NCBI GenBank assembly: GCA_963748255.1
Contig: CAVVIL010000003.1
Span: 111,938-175,937, forward strand
From: an uncultured Actinomycetes bacterium
Lineage (GTDB): Bacteria; Actinomycetota; Thermoleophilia; Gaiellales; Gaiellaceae
Direction of reading: 5' to 3'
DNA length: 64,000 nt
The notes beneath the pieces were generated by a model, which worked only from the letters and a program-made list of their open reading frames with translations, was not told the origin of the DNA and ran no database searches. A program made the translations under genes and the position numbers. Every line of letters begins with the position of its first letter. The stretch's first letter is position 1. Shown in pieces: positions 17,365 through 27,102 of the stretch.

Positions 17365-18023
17365 CGCCGCAGGCCGATGAGACAGGCGGCCGACGCCGCG
17401 ACGATCGGGATGCCGACCGGGACGAAGGGCACGCACACGAGGGCGATCGCGGCCCCGAGCGCCGCAGCCGCGAGGCCCCGCCGGTCGTGGATCTGGCCTG
17501 CGAGCAACGCGAGGAAGAGCGCGGGGAACGCGGCGTCGAGCCCGAGCCGCTCCGGGTCGCCGAGCAGGTCGCCGGCCAGCGCTCCGATCCCCGTCGACAC
17601 GACCCAGGTGCCCCACAGGACGAGCCCGGCGCCGAGGATCCGCGCCGGGTCGTATCGGCCGCCTCCGAGATGGCCGACCGCCCACGACTCGTCGACGATC
17701 AGCTGCGCGCGGAGCGCGCGCCGCCAGGCCGGCCCGTGCAGGGAGGGCGCCACCGAGAGGCCGATGGGGACGTAGCGGACGTTGAGCAGCACCGCGGCGC
17801 CGATGGCCGCCGTGAGCGTGCCGCCCGCCGAGACGAGGGAGGTCGCCGCGAACTGGGCCGAGCCGGCGAAGGTCGTCGCGGAGAAGACGACCGCGGAGAC
17901 CGGCCCGAAGCCCGCATCACGCGCGAGGACGCCGAAGGTGAGCCCGAACACCCCGACCGCGAGCGCCAGCGGCGCGACCGCTCGCGCGCCGGCCCCGACG
18001 GACGTGCCATTCGTCGCGGACAT
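17361..18023 (-). CDS. azlC: AzlC family branched-chain amino acid permease subunit
   Basis: 220-aa membrane protein: FGLTFGVLA...TFAGSAQFAA. Paired with azlD. Confidence 0.8.
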   Translation of the reverse strand: MSATNGTSVGAGARAVAPLALAVGVFGLTFGVLARDAGFGPVSAVVFSATTFAGSAQFAATSLVSAGGTLTAAIGAAVLLNVRYVPIGLSVAPSLHGPAWRRALRAQLIVDESWAVGHLGGGRYDPARILGAGLVLWGTWVVSTGIGALAGDLLGDPERLGLDAAFPALFLALLAGQIHDRRGLAAAALGAAIALVCVPFVPVGIPIVAASAACLIGLRR

Positions 18024-18065
18024 CGCCCGCCCATCTTCCCGACGGCGGCGCGGCCCGCGGTGCGG

Positions 18066-18533
18066 TTAGCCCGAGATGTACTCCTCGAGGAACTTGATCT
18101 GGGCGCTCTGCTCCCGCGTCTGGAACTTCACGAGGTCGCCGATCGAGACGACCCCCATGACCTCGCGGGACTCGGTGAGCACGGGGAGGTGGCGGATGCG
18201 CCGTTCGGTCATCACCGCCATGCACTCCTCGATCGAGCTCTCGGGCGTCGTGTAGACGATGGGCGCGGACATGACCTCGCGGACCGGCGTCGTCCGCTCG
18301 TCGCGGCCCACGATCGCGACACGGCGCAGGTAGTCGCGCTCGGTCACGATTCCGACGAGGCGCCCGCCCTCGGTGACGAGCAGCGAGCCCACGTTGCCGT
18401 CCACCATCTTCGAGACGGCATCGAAGACCGTCGCCTCGGCGTCGATCTCGAGGACGGCCGAGCCCTTCGCTGCGAGGATGTCGGACACCTGGCCCATGCG
18501 GCTCCCTTGGTCGAGTGTTGCCCCTTCGACCAT
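18066..18533 (-). CDS. CBS-domain pair protein
   Basis: Two CBS repeats: GSLLVTEGGRLVGIVTERD and RIRHLPVLTESREVMGVVSIGD. The true start may be the internal Met (MGQVSDIL). Confidence 0.8.
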   Translation of the reverse strand: MVEGATLDQGSRMGQVSDILAAKGSAVLEIDAEATVFDAVSKMVDGNVGSLLVTEGGRLVGIVTERDYLRRVAIVGRDERTTPVREVMSAPIVYTTPESSIEECMAVMTERRIRHLPVLTESREVMGVVSIGDLVKFQTREQSAQIKFLEEYISG

Positions 18534-18572
18534 GGTGACAAACGTTACACGGCGGTGTCGCGCACCTCGGGG

Positions 18573-19847
18573 CTAGGCGGTTCCGAGCGCCTCGCGGATG
18601 CCGGCCGCGACGCCGGCGACGATCGCCTCGAGCTCGTCCTCGGTGACGACGAACGGCGGCGAGATCTGCAATGCGACTCCCCGCAGGGCGCGTGAGAGGA
18701 CCCCGTGGCCACGGGCCGCGACCACGGCCGCCGCGGGGAGGCCCGGGTCGGCGGCGACGAGGTCGGGGTCGAGCTCGATCCCGGCCGCGAGCCCGACGTG
18801 GCGGATCTCGGCGACGCCGGGGAGCTCGCGCAGCGGCTCGAGCAGCCCGGCGAGGCGCGGCTCGAGCTCGGCGACCCGCTCGACCAGCCGCTCGCGCTCG
18901 AGGATGTCGAGGTTCACGAGCCCCGCCACGCAGGCGCCGGGATGGCCGGCGTACGTGCCGCCGTGGAGGAGCGGCGGCGCGGCGGGATCCCAGAAGGGCT
19001 CGCGCACGCGCCCCGAGACGACCACCGCACCGAGGGGGACGTAGCCGGAGCTGATCCCTTTCGCGCACGTGATCAGGTCGGGCGTGAAGCCGTAGCGCTC
19101 GCAGCCGAACCAGCGCCCGAGCCGGCCGAAGCCGCAGATCACCTCGTCCGCCACGAGCAGGACGTCGCGCTCGCGGCAGATGCGCTCGACCTCGGGCCAG
19201 TACCCGTCGGGCGCCGGGATCACGCCGCCCGCGCCGATCATCGGCTCGCCGATGAACCCGGCGGCGCGCTCGCCGAGCTCGTCGAGGACCCGGGCGAGAT
19301 CGTCGGGGTCGTCGTGCGCGACCTCTGCGACGTCGCCGACGAGCGTGCCGTACCCGTCGCGGACGCCCGGGATGCCGGCGAGCGACGTCCCGTAGGCGTT
19401 CGTGCCGTGGTACGCGAAGCGACGCGACAGGATCACCGTCCGCTCCGGCCGGCCGAGGAGCGCCCAGTGGCGCCGGACGATCTTGGCCGCCGTGTCGATC
19501 GCCTCGCCGCCGCCCGTGCCGAAGAAGACCGCGGGGTCGGCGACCGGCGTCAGCTCGGCCACGCGCTCGGCGAGGCGCAGGGCGGGCTCGTTCGCGTGGT
19601 CGCCGAAGACGTGGTGCGCGGCGAGCGTCCGGAGCTGCTCGCCGACGGCGTCGGCGATCTCCGCGCGCCCGTGGCCGACGTTCGCGAACCACAGGCCGGC
19701 GGTCGCGTCGAGGTACTCGCGCCCGTCGGCGTCCCAGACGCGGCTCCCCTCGCCGCGGACGAGCACGAGCTCGTGCCCGTCGACCTTCCCCATCGCGGCG
19801 AAGGGGTGCCAGAGCCGCGTCGTGGTGGTCCGGGAGAGCGTGGTCAC
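18573..19847 (-). CDS. Class III (omega) aminotransferase
   Basis: 424 aa: LWHPF...GLWFANVGHGR...LLVADEVICGFGRLG...DLITCAKGISSGYVPLG. The PLP lysine is in CAKG. Confidence 0.88.
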   Translation of the reverse strand: MTTLSRTTTTRLWHPFAAMGKVDGHELVLVRGEGSRVWDADGREYLDATAGLWFANVGHGRAEIADAVGEQLRTLAAHHVFGDHANEPALRLAERVAELTPVADPAVFFGTGGGEAIDTAAKIVRRHWALLGRPERTVILSRRFAYHGTNAYGTSLAGIPGVRDGYGTLVGDVAEVAHDDPDDLARVLDELGERAAGFIGEPMIGAGGVIPAPDGYWPEVERICRERDVLLVADEVICGFGRLGRWFGCERYGFTPDLITCAKGISSGYVPLGAVVVSGRVREPFWDPAAPPLLHGGTYAGHPGACVAGLVNLDILERERLVERVAELEPRLAGLLEPLRELPGVAEIRHVGLAAGIELDPDLVAADPGLPAAAVVAARGHGVLSRALRGVALQISPPFVVTEDELEAIVAGVAAGIREALGTA

Positions 19848-19889
19848 GGGACGACCAGCCTACTCGGGCGGGTGCGCAGCCCGCAGGCC

Positions 19890-20633
19890 TCAGCGGTGCT
19901 CGGGATCGCTCGGCGAGCCGCCGATCAGGTCGAGCAGGCGATCCTTCCGCGGCACCCACCGCGCCTGGTACCGCGCGTCGCGCTCCTCCGCGCGCCGGCG
20001 CCTCCTGCTGCCCGGCTTGTAGCGCCATCGCGCCCAGATCGACTTCGGCTTGCCGAGGCGGATCGCCCCGATCCAGGCGAAGACCCAGATGAAGACGCCG
20101 ATCGTCGCGAGCAGGAAGCGACCCTTGAGCGCGGCGACGACCACGAGGGCGAGGTTGAGCGCGACGGCCACGGTCAGCGCCCACCGCGACGAGGCATGCG
20201 CGCCGGACGTCGGCGTCAGGTGGAGGAGCAGCACGCCGCCGAGGACGGTGCTGATCACCACGGCGTCGACCGACGATCGCCCCTCGGTCGACCAGTACAC
20301 GTCCTGGAGGCGGAAGACGAGGGCGAACTCGTCGAGCACGAGCGCGACGCCCGAGCCGAACGCCGCCGCCAGCACGAGCTGCCAGTCCTCGCCGGGCGAC
20401 AACCCGAACTCGAGCGCGCCGGCGGCGAACGCGAGCACGATCCCGACGACCACGTGGTGCAGGTGGACGCCGCCGACGGACCCGCTGCCCCAGCCTCGCC
20501 GACGGGCGAGCCGCGTGTAGGTCCGCGTCAGCGCGAACGTGACGAGGAACGCGAGGAGCATCACGAGCGCGGGCTGGCGGCCCGCTTCGTACACGTAGGT
20601 CTCGTAACCGGGGATGAACGGGAAGAGGTCCAC
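19890..20633 (-). CDS. Hypothetical integral membrane protein with basic C-terminal tail
   Basis: 247-aa ORF with about 6 predicted TM helices. Coding-like third-position GC. No family recognised. Confidence 0.55.
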   Translation of the reverse strand: MDLFPFIPGYETYVYEAGRQPALVMLLAFLVTFALTRTYTRLARRRGWGSGSVGGVHLHHVVVGIVLAFAAGALEFGLSPGEDWQLVLAAAFGSGVALVLDEFALVFRLQDVYWSTEGRSSVDAVVISTVLGGVLLLHLTPTSGAHASSRWALTVAVALNLALVVVAALKGRFLLATIGVFIWVFAWIGAIRLGKPKSIWARWRYKPGSRRRRRAEERDARYQARWVPRKDRLLDLIGGSPSDPEHR

Positions 20634-20646
20634 AGCCGGGGGAGGG

Positions 20647-21195
20647 CTACGCGTGCCCCTCGATCGGCATCTCCATCGTCCGGCACGCGATCGTGACGCC
20701 GTCCGGGAGCTCGACCTCGACGTCGTCGAGGACGCGGAAGCCGTACGCGAGGTAGAGCGGCACGCCGGGCAGGGTCGCCATCAGCGCGAGCTGCGTGAAC
20801 CCCTCGGCGCGCGCGGCCGCCTCGCACGCCTCGAGGATGCGCCGGCCGAGGCCCTTCCGCGTCCAGTCGCCGCGGACGAACATCGCGCGCACGCGGGCGG
20901 CCTCGGTGGCCGGGTCGAGGAGGCGTGAATCGTCCTGCCCCTCGCCGCTCCCCGTGTAGAGGCGGTCGCGTCGGCTCCAGCCGCCGCACCCGACGGGCTC
21001 GCCGTCCGCCTCGAGGACGAAGTACGTGCCGTCCACGAGCAGCTGCTCGTCGAGGGAGGCGACGAACCGCGCCGCGCTCGCGGCCTGCTGAGGGTCGTAG
21101 AAGCGCGGGAAGAGCGCCTCCGCCGATGTGGTCATCAAGGCGGCGATCGCCTCCGCGTCGGCGAGGGTCGCGACGCGGAGCACCGGCTCGTCCAT
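20647..21195 (-). CDS. GNAT family N-acetyltransferase
   Basis: 182 aa. Acetyl-CoA loop RKGLGRRILEACEAAARAEG and the typical beta-strand pattern. Confidence 0.8.
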   Translation of the reverse strand: MDEPVLRVATLADAEAIAALMTTSAEALFPRFYDPQQAASAARFVASLDEQLLVDGTYFVLEADGEPVGCGGWSRRDRLYTGSGEGQDDSRLLDPATEAARVRAMFVRGDWTRKGLGRRILEACEAAARAEGFTQLALMATLPGVPLYLAYGFRVLDDVEVELPDGVTIACRTMEMPIEGHA

Positions 21196-21415
21196 GCGGC
21201 GACTCTACGGGCTCCGCGGGCCGATCCGAGGTCGACGGAACCGGGGATTGCGCAGATCGGCACACGCGCATTGCGGTGAGGGTGCCTGCCCCGCCTCGCG
21301 ACCGAGGGTGAGGTCCAGCGGGTCCTCGCCCGCCCGCCGCTCGAGAACCTCCGCGACGAGTCGATCTTCGACCGCCGCAGAGGCTGAGCGCCGCGCTCGG
21401 CAGCGGCGTGAGACG

Positions 21416-22262
21416 ATGGTGCCCGTGGCGTGGACCGAGTTCACGACGCACGACGATGGGCCGATGCTCGCGGGTCGGCGCGCCGGCAGCGGCCCGCCGG
21501 TTCTCCTCCTGCACGGAGGGCCCGGGCTCGGGTTCGACTACCTCCGCGGTCTCGCCGACGAGCTCGCCGAGGAGAACGACGTCGCGTGGTACCAGCAGCG
21601 AGGGCAGGCGCCGTCAGCAGCGGAAGGGCCGTTCACGGTGGCGGCGGATGTCGGGGACGCGCGCCGCGTGCTCGACGCGCTCGGCTGGCAGAGGGCGTAC
21701 GTCGTCGGGCACTCGTGGGGAGGCCACCTTGCCCTCCACGTCGCGGAGGCGATGCCGGAGCGGCTCCTCGGCGTGCTCTCCGTCGACCCGCTCGGCTCGG
21801 TCGGCGACGGACGCTGGCCGGAGTTCGACGAGGAGATCTTCCGGCGCACGCCGGAGCGACGTGCGCGCGCGGGCGCGCGAGATCGACGAGCTGGCGATGG
21901 CGGGCGAGGCCGACGACGAGCTGTCGCTCGAGGGGATGCGCCTCGTGTGGCCCGCGTACTTCGCCGATCCCGAGCACGCGCCGCCGATGCCCGACCTGCA
22001 AATCGCGGGAGCGCGCTCTGCTGACATGGTGCCCTCGATCTTCGAGCAGCTTCCGGCACTCGAGGCCGGGCTGCCGGGGATTCGCGTCCCCGTCGGGTTC
22101 GTCCACGGCGCGCGGAGCCCGATGCCGCTCGCCGCCTCGACGGATGCGGCGGAGCGGATCCCCGGCGCCTGGGTCGAGGTGGTCGAGGGAGCCGGCCATT
22201 TCGTGTGGGTCGAGGCGCCCGGCGCCGTCCGCGCCTCGCTTCGACGCCTCACTGCCGGCTAG
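21416..22262 (+). pseudogene. Alpha/beta hydrolase (proline iminopeptidase-like), frame broken near 21855-21880
   Basis: N-terminal part (frame of ORF 21128): PVLLLHGGPGLGFDYL...VVGHSWGGHLAL (nucleophile elbow GHSWG). C-terminal part (frame of ORF 21408): REIDELAMAG...VGFVHGARSPMP...GAGHFVWVEAP. The junction lies in the run GCGCGCGCGGGCGCGCG. Confidence 0.7.
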
Positions 22263-22401
22263 CGGACCGACGTCGCGGTCGACCGCCACACGCGGCTGAG
22301 CCGCTGTTCCCCGTGGCATCAGCCGGGCTCTCGCCCACGAGGACGGCCTGCTCACGGCGTCGTCGCGAGAGCCGGGTCCCGGCGGTGGTCGCCGCGGATG
22401 T

Positions 22402-22659
22402 CTAGGTCGGGAGCGGAGCCGGCTGGTCGCTGACGGGCGTGATCTCGCACGTCGTCACCGCTGCCCCGGGCCTGAGGAACGTCTGGAGATGCGCGATGTC
22501 GTCCGTCTCCACGACGAGGTACGTCGTGTGCTGCGGGAACGCCAGCCAGTAGCCGTGGATCGTGACGTCCTTCGACTCGCCGTCGAAGAGCGACCTCGAG
22601 CCCCCCTTGCCGTAGGGGCAATCCTGAGGCGCGTGCGTCTGCTTGATGTGAAAGAGCAT
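22402..22659 (-). CDS. Small hypothetical protein (85 aa)
   Basis: ATG at 22659 preceded by GGGAGG 8 nt upstream. MLFHIKQTHAPQDCPYGKGG.... No family recognised. Confidence 0.45.
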   Translation of the reverse strand: MLFHIKQTHAPQDCPYGKGGSRSLFDGESKDVTIHGYWLAFPQHTTYLVVETDDIAHLQTFLRPGAAVTTCEITPVSDQPAPLPT

Positions 22660-22829
22660 CTCGAGGGCCTCCCGTCTCGTGGCGTCCGTCCCGCCGGTTG
22701 GCGTCGCGGCGATCGTATCGCCCTCTCGCCGAGGCGCCGCCGTCATGGTTCCGGACGCAGCGGCACAGGCCCGACACGAGGAGAGCCGCGTCGCCGCGGC
22801 TCTCCTCGATCACGTGAGCGCGCGGTGGC

Positions 22830-25598
22830 TCAGCTGCAGCCGGTGTTCGTGCCGCAGTCGCGGCACGTGTAGCACGAGCCCGTCCGCACCATGCGACCGC
22901 CGCAGCGGGCGCACTCGACGGCGTCCTCCCACTGGTTGAAGAGGGCCGTCTGGCCCGGAGGCGCCGAGTCGAACGCCTGGGCGGCGACGCCGGCGGCGGG
23001 GTTCTCGCCGTAGGCCGCGGCGAGCCGCGCCTTGACCTCCGGCGTGAGGATGCCGGCCTCTTCCTGCTGCTCGGCCGACAGGAACTTCTTCCCCATCCAG
23101 CGGAAGATGTAGTCGACGATGGACTTCGCGACCCGGATGTCGGCGTCGTTCGTCAGGCCGCTCGGCTCGAAGCGCATGTGGCTGAACTTCGAGACGTAGA
23201 CGTCGAGCGGCACGCCGTACTGGAGCCCGAGCGAGACGGAGATCATGAACGAGTTCATGAGGCCGGCGAGCGTCGTGCCCTCCTTCGCGATGTCCACGAA
23301 GATGTCGCCGGGCGTCCCGTCCTCGAAGAGGCCGACGTGGATGTACCCCTCGTACTCGCCGACCTTGAACTTCCGGCCGACCTCGGTGCGGTCGTCCGGG
23401 AGGCGGCGGCGCTGCGGATGTGTGGACGGCAGCCCACCGGGGACGAGCGCTGCGACGCCGGCGGCCGCGTCCTTGGAGGACGAGAGGGGCTGGGCGACCT
23501 TGCAGTTGTCGCGGTAGATCGCGATCGCCTTGACGCCGAGCTGCCACGACTCGACGAAGAGCTGGGCGACCTCGTCGACCGTCGTCTCCTCGGGCAGGTT
23601 CACCGTCTTCGAGATCGCGCCCGAGATGAACGGCTGGACCGCGCCCATCATCTTCACGTGCCCCATGTAGTGGATGGCACGCTCGCCGATCGCGCAGTCG
23701 AACACGGGGTAGTGCTCCGACTTGAGGTGCGGGGCGCCCACGACGCCGCCGCGCTCGTCGATGTACGCGACGATCTCCTCGACCTCGCGCGGGGCGTAGC
23801 CGAGCTCGCGGAGCGCCATCGGGACGGTCTTGTTGACGATGGTGATCTCGCCGCCGCCGACGAGCTTCTTCGACTTGACGAGCGAGAAGTCCGGCTCGAC
23901 CCCCGTCGTGTCGCAGTCCATCATGAAGCTGATCGTCCCGGTCGGCGCCAGGACGGTGGCCTGCGCGTTGCGGAAGCCGTGCACCTCGCCGATCTCGAGC
24001 GCCTCGTCCCATGCCCGTCGGCCGCCGACGAGCAGGTCGTCGGGAACCGACTCGGTGTGCTGGATGTTCCCGACCGCGGCGCGGTGCTTCGCGATCACCC
24101 CGACCATCGCGGCGCGGTTCTCCTGGTAGCCCTCGTGCGCGCTCATCCGCTTGGCCGTCTCCGCGGACTTCCGGTAGGCCCGGCCGGTCATCAGCGCGGT
24201 GATGGCCGCGGCGTACGCGCGCCCCTCGTCCGAGTCGTACGGCAGGCCGCGCGCCATGAGCAGGGCGCCGAGGTTCGCGTAGCCGAGCCCCAGCTGGCGG
24301 AAGCGCTTCGCGTTCCGGCCGATCTCGGGGGTCGGGTAGGACGAGTAGCCGACGGCGATCTCCTGCGCGAGGAACACGACGTCGACGGCGTGCTCGAACA
24401 TCTCGACGTCGAACTCGCCGTCCTCACGGCGGAACTTCATGAGGTTGAGCGACGCGAGGTTGCACGCCGAGTCGTCGATGTGCATGTACTCGCTGCACGG
24501 GTTGGACGCGTTGATGCGCCCCGTGTTCGGCGACGTGTGCCACGCGTTGATCGTCGTGTCGTACTGGACGCCCGGGTCGGCGCACTCCCACGCGGCCGCG
24601 GCCATGTCCTTGAGGAGCTTCCGCGCCTCGATCGTCTCGACGACCGTGCCGTCGGTGCGCGCGGTCAGCGCCCACTCCTTGCCCTCCGTGACGGCCTCCA
24701 TGAAGGCGTCCGTGACGCGGACCGAGTTGTTGGCGTTCTGGTACTGGATCGACGCCCAGTCGGCCGAGTCGAGCGACATGTCATAGCCGGCCTGCTCGAG
24801 GACGCGCGCCTTGCGCTCCTCCTTGGCCTTGCACCAGATGAACTCCTCGACGTCGGGGTGGTCGACGTCGAGCACGACCATCTTCGCGGCGCGGCGGGTC
24901 TTGCCGCCCGACTTGATCGTCCCGGCGGAGGCGTCCGCGCCGCGCATGAACGAGACCGGGCCCGAGGCGTAGCCGCCCTTGGAGAGCTGCTCCTTCGACG
25001 ACCGGAGCCGCGACAGGTTGAGGCCGGAGCCCGAGCCGCCCCGGAAGATGATCCCCTCGCGCCGGATCCAGTCGAGGATCGCCTCCATCGAGTCGTCGAT
25101 CGAGAGGATGAAGCACGCGGAGCACTGCGGCGCCTCCTCGAAGCCGACGTTGAACCAGACGGGCGAGTTGAACGAGGCGACCTGGTTGACCAGGATCGCC
25201 TTCAGCTCCGCCTGGAACGTCTCGGCCTCCTCGTCGGAGGCGAAGTAGCCGCCCTGGACGCCCCAGCCCGTGAGCGTGTCGGCGACGCGCGCGATCATCT
25301 GCTTGACGCTGCGCTCGCGCTCGGGCGAGGCCATGCGGCCGCGGAAGTACTTCTGGGCGACGATGTTCGTCGCGGTCTGCGACCAGAACTTGGGGAACTC
25401 GACGTCGCGCTGCTCGAACGCGGGACCGCTCTTGCCGGGGATCAGCGCGTCGCGCGTCTCCCACTCGATCTCGTCGAAGGGGTCGCGCCCCGGAATCGTG
25501 AAGTACCGCCGCGGCGCGACGCTCGCTTCCTCGTCGAGGACGCTGTTCACGTACTCCTCTTCCTGCGGTGCCTGCGTCGCCTGCTTGGCGGTGGCCAT
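22830..25598 (-). CDS. nrdJ: Adenosylcobalamin-dependent (class II) ribonucleotide reductase
   Basis: 922 aa from ATG at 25598, with SD GGGAGGA. NSPVWFNVG, CSACFILS, NPCSEYMH, and a C-terminal zinc ribbon CARCGG...CYTCRDCG. Confidence 0.93.
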   Translation of the reverse strand: MATAKQATQAPQEEEYVNSVLDEEASVAPRRYFTIPGRDPFDEIEWETRDALIPGKSGPAFEQRDVEFPKFWSQTATNIVAQKYFRGRMASPERERSVKQMIARVADTLTGWGVQGGYFASDEEAETFQAELKAILVNQVASFNSPVWFNVGFEEAPQCSACFILSIDDSMEAILDWIRREGIIFRGGSGSGLNLSRLRSSKEQLSKGGYASGPVSFMRGADASAGTIKSGGKTRRAAKMVVLDVDHPDVEEFIWCKAKEERKARVLEQAGYDMSLDSADWASIQYQNANNSVRVTDAFMEAVTEGKEWALTARTDGTVVETIEARKLLKDMAAAAWECADPGVQYDTTINAWHTSPNTGRINASNPCSEYMHIDDSACNLASLNLMKFRREDGEFDVEMFEHAVDVVFLAQEIAVGYSSYPTPEIGRNAKRFRQLGLGYANLGALLMARGLPYDSDEGRAYAAAITALMTGRAYRKSAETAKRMSAHEGYQENRAAMVGVIAKHRAAVGNIQHTESVPDDLLVGGRRAWDEALEIGEVHGFRNAQATVLAPTGTISFMMDCDTTGVEPDFSLVKSKKLVGGGEITIVNKTVPMALRELGYAPREVEEIVAYIDERGGVVGAPHLKSEHYPVFDCAIGERAIHYMGHVKMMGAVQPFISGAISKTVNLPEETTVDEVAQLFVESWQLGVKAIAIYRDNCKVAQPLSSSKDAAAGVAALVPGGLPSTHPQRRRLPDDRTEVGRKFKVGEYEGYIHVGLFEDGTPGDIFVDIAKEGTTLAGLMNSFMISVSLGLQYGVPLDVYVSKFSHMRFEPSGLTNDADIRVAKSIVDYIFRWMGKKFLSAEQQEEAGILTPEVKARLAAAYGENPAAGVAAQAFDSAPPGQTALFNQWEDAVECARCGGRMVRTGSCYTCRDCGTNTGCS

Positions 25599-25774
25599 GC
25601 TGTCCTCCCGGGCCGAGTGTCGAGTTACTCCCCGCGCCGGGCGCGCAAGCGCGCGTCCTGTGAGCGGATCGGGGATGCTAGGACGCGGGTCGGACGGCAC
25701 AAAAAAGCCGCTCTTTGCAGGAAAATCGCCCGTGCCTCCACCTCCGGAGTCTACCGGCCGGGAGGCAGGCGCCG

Positions 25775-26338
25775 TCAGCGGCGGCGCGCGACGGCCCAGC
25801 CGGCGGCGCCCGTCACGAGCAGCGTCCCGGCGAGCGCAGCGAGCACGATCACGGGGTAGGGCACGGCGCTCGAGACGTCGGCCGTCTGCGGCGCGCTCGC
25901 GAAGCGCGCCGGCGCTTCCCGCGGCTCGGCGGAGGGCCCGGCGTCCTTCGCCTTCGGCGGGGCGGCGGCCGCGGGCGTGCTCGGCGCAGCCTGGTCGGCA
26001 GCCCCATCCGTCGCGTCCTCCGTCGCGGCGGCGCCCGTCGCGACGGGCTCGTCCGCGGCGGTCGCGTCGCCGTCGCTGTCGCGGCCGCGGCGGGCGAACG
26101 CGAGCGCGCGCTCGATGTCGGCGTCGGCCTCCGAGTACGCGAGGACGTCCGCCGGGAGCGCCTTGATCGCAGCGCGGTAGCACGGCAGCGGATAGACGCC
26201 GTCGACCCGCCCGCCCGAGTACCAGTCGCGGATCACCCGCTGCGCGCAGGTCTCCAGAGACCCGGCGGACGCGAGCGGTGCGGCGATCACGAGCCAGGCG
26301 AGTGAGAGCAGGACGACGACGCGGCGGAACACGGGCAT
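25775..26338 (-). CDS. Secreted, C-terminally membrane-anchored protein of unknown family (paralog of 26394-26997)
   Basis: Signal peptide MPVFRRVVVLLSLAWLVIAAPLASA. Conserved module CAQRVIRDWYSGGRVDGVYPLPCYRAAIKALPADVLAYSEADADIERALAFAR. Ala/Asp/Pro-rich linker. TM helix plus RRR tail. Confidence 0.6.
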   Translation of the reverse strand: MPVFRRVVVLLSLAWLVIAAPLASAGSLETCAQRVIRDWYSGGRVDGVYPLPCYRAAIKALPADVLAYSEADADIERALAFARRGRDSDGDATAADEPVATGAAATEDATDGAADQAAPSTPAAAAPPKAKDAGPSAEPREAPARFASAPQTADVSSAVPYPVIVLAALAGTLLVTGAAGWAVARRR

Positions 26339-26393
26339 CTTGGGTGATGCCCGTTCGCGACGGCGCCGAAACCCCGGTCCGGGGAGCGGCGCG

Positions 26394-26997
26394 CTAGGCG
26401 GGGCCGGGTGGGCCGGGCGGGTCGCCCGGGCGGCGCGCCTGCGCACGGCGGCTGAGATAGCCGACTGCGCCGGCCGCGAGCAGGAGCAGTGCGAGCCCGC
26501 CGAGCACGATCAGAGGGATCGGCACGGACGACGGGCCGGACGTGTCGACGTTCTCCGCGGCCTCGCCGCCTCCGCCAGGATCGGCGGGGTCGGTCGGGCC
26601 GCTCGTGCCGCCTGCCGCCACCGGTGCTCGGCGTCGTCTCGTCGCCCGGCTCGTTGTCGTTCGGCTCGGCGCCCCCCGTGGGGCCGGGGTCCGGCTCGCC
26701 CGCGCGGGCGAACTGCAGGGCGCGGAGGATGTCCTCCTCGGCCCGCGAGTAGTCGAGCACGTCGACGGGCAGCGACCGGATCGCGGCCTGGTAGCACTTG
26801 AGCGGGTAGATCTTGTCGACCCGGCCGTCGCCGTACCAGTCGTCGACGATCTGCTCGGCGCACGAGAGCGAGCTCGCAGCCGTCGCCGACGGCGCCCCGG
26901 CAAGAGCGGTCAGCGAGACCAGCGCGATGAGCGCCGCGACGAGTGCGATGCGGGGTCGTGAAGCGTGAAGCACGTGATCGGAGCAGACGGGAGCCAT
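26394..26997 (-). pseudogene. Paralog of the secreted anchored protein, frame broken near 26605-26625
   Basis: ATG at 26997 with SD GGGGAGA. N-terminal module CAEQIVDDWYGDGRVDKIYPLKCYQAAIRSLPVDVLDYSRAEEDILRALQFAR is in the frame of ORF 26287. The C-terminal TM anchor IPLIVLGGLALLLLAAGAVGYLSRR is only in the frame of ORF 26394. The junction is in GGTGGCGGCAGGCGGC. Confidence 0.55.
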
Positions 26998-27102
26998 GGT
27001 GAGTCTCCCCGGTCCGCGTGGGTCGGCGATCAGGGAAGGGTAAACGATGTGTAAGACGCCGTCGCACTTCTGCTCGCAGGGCCGTGGTAGCCTCGCCGCG
27101 TC

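Noticed and set aside
25599-25775. Cobalamin riboswitch or NrdR box upstream of nrdJ.
   Set aside because: No B12-box-like sequence (AGYCMGGAGACCKGCC type) and no 16-bp ACACwAtATaTwGTGT-like palindrome could be found by eye. Only an AT-rich patch and a -10-like hexamer are present.
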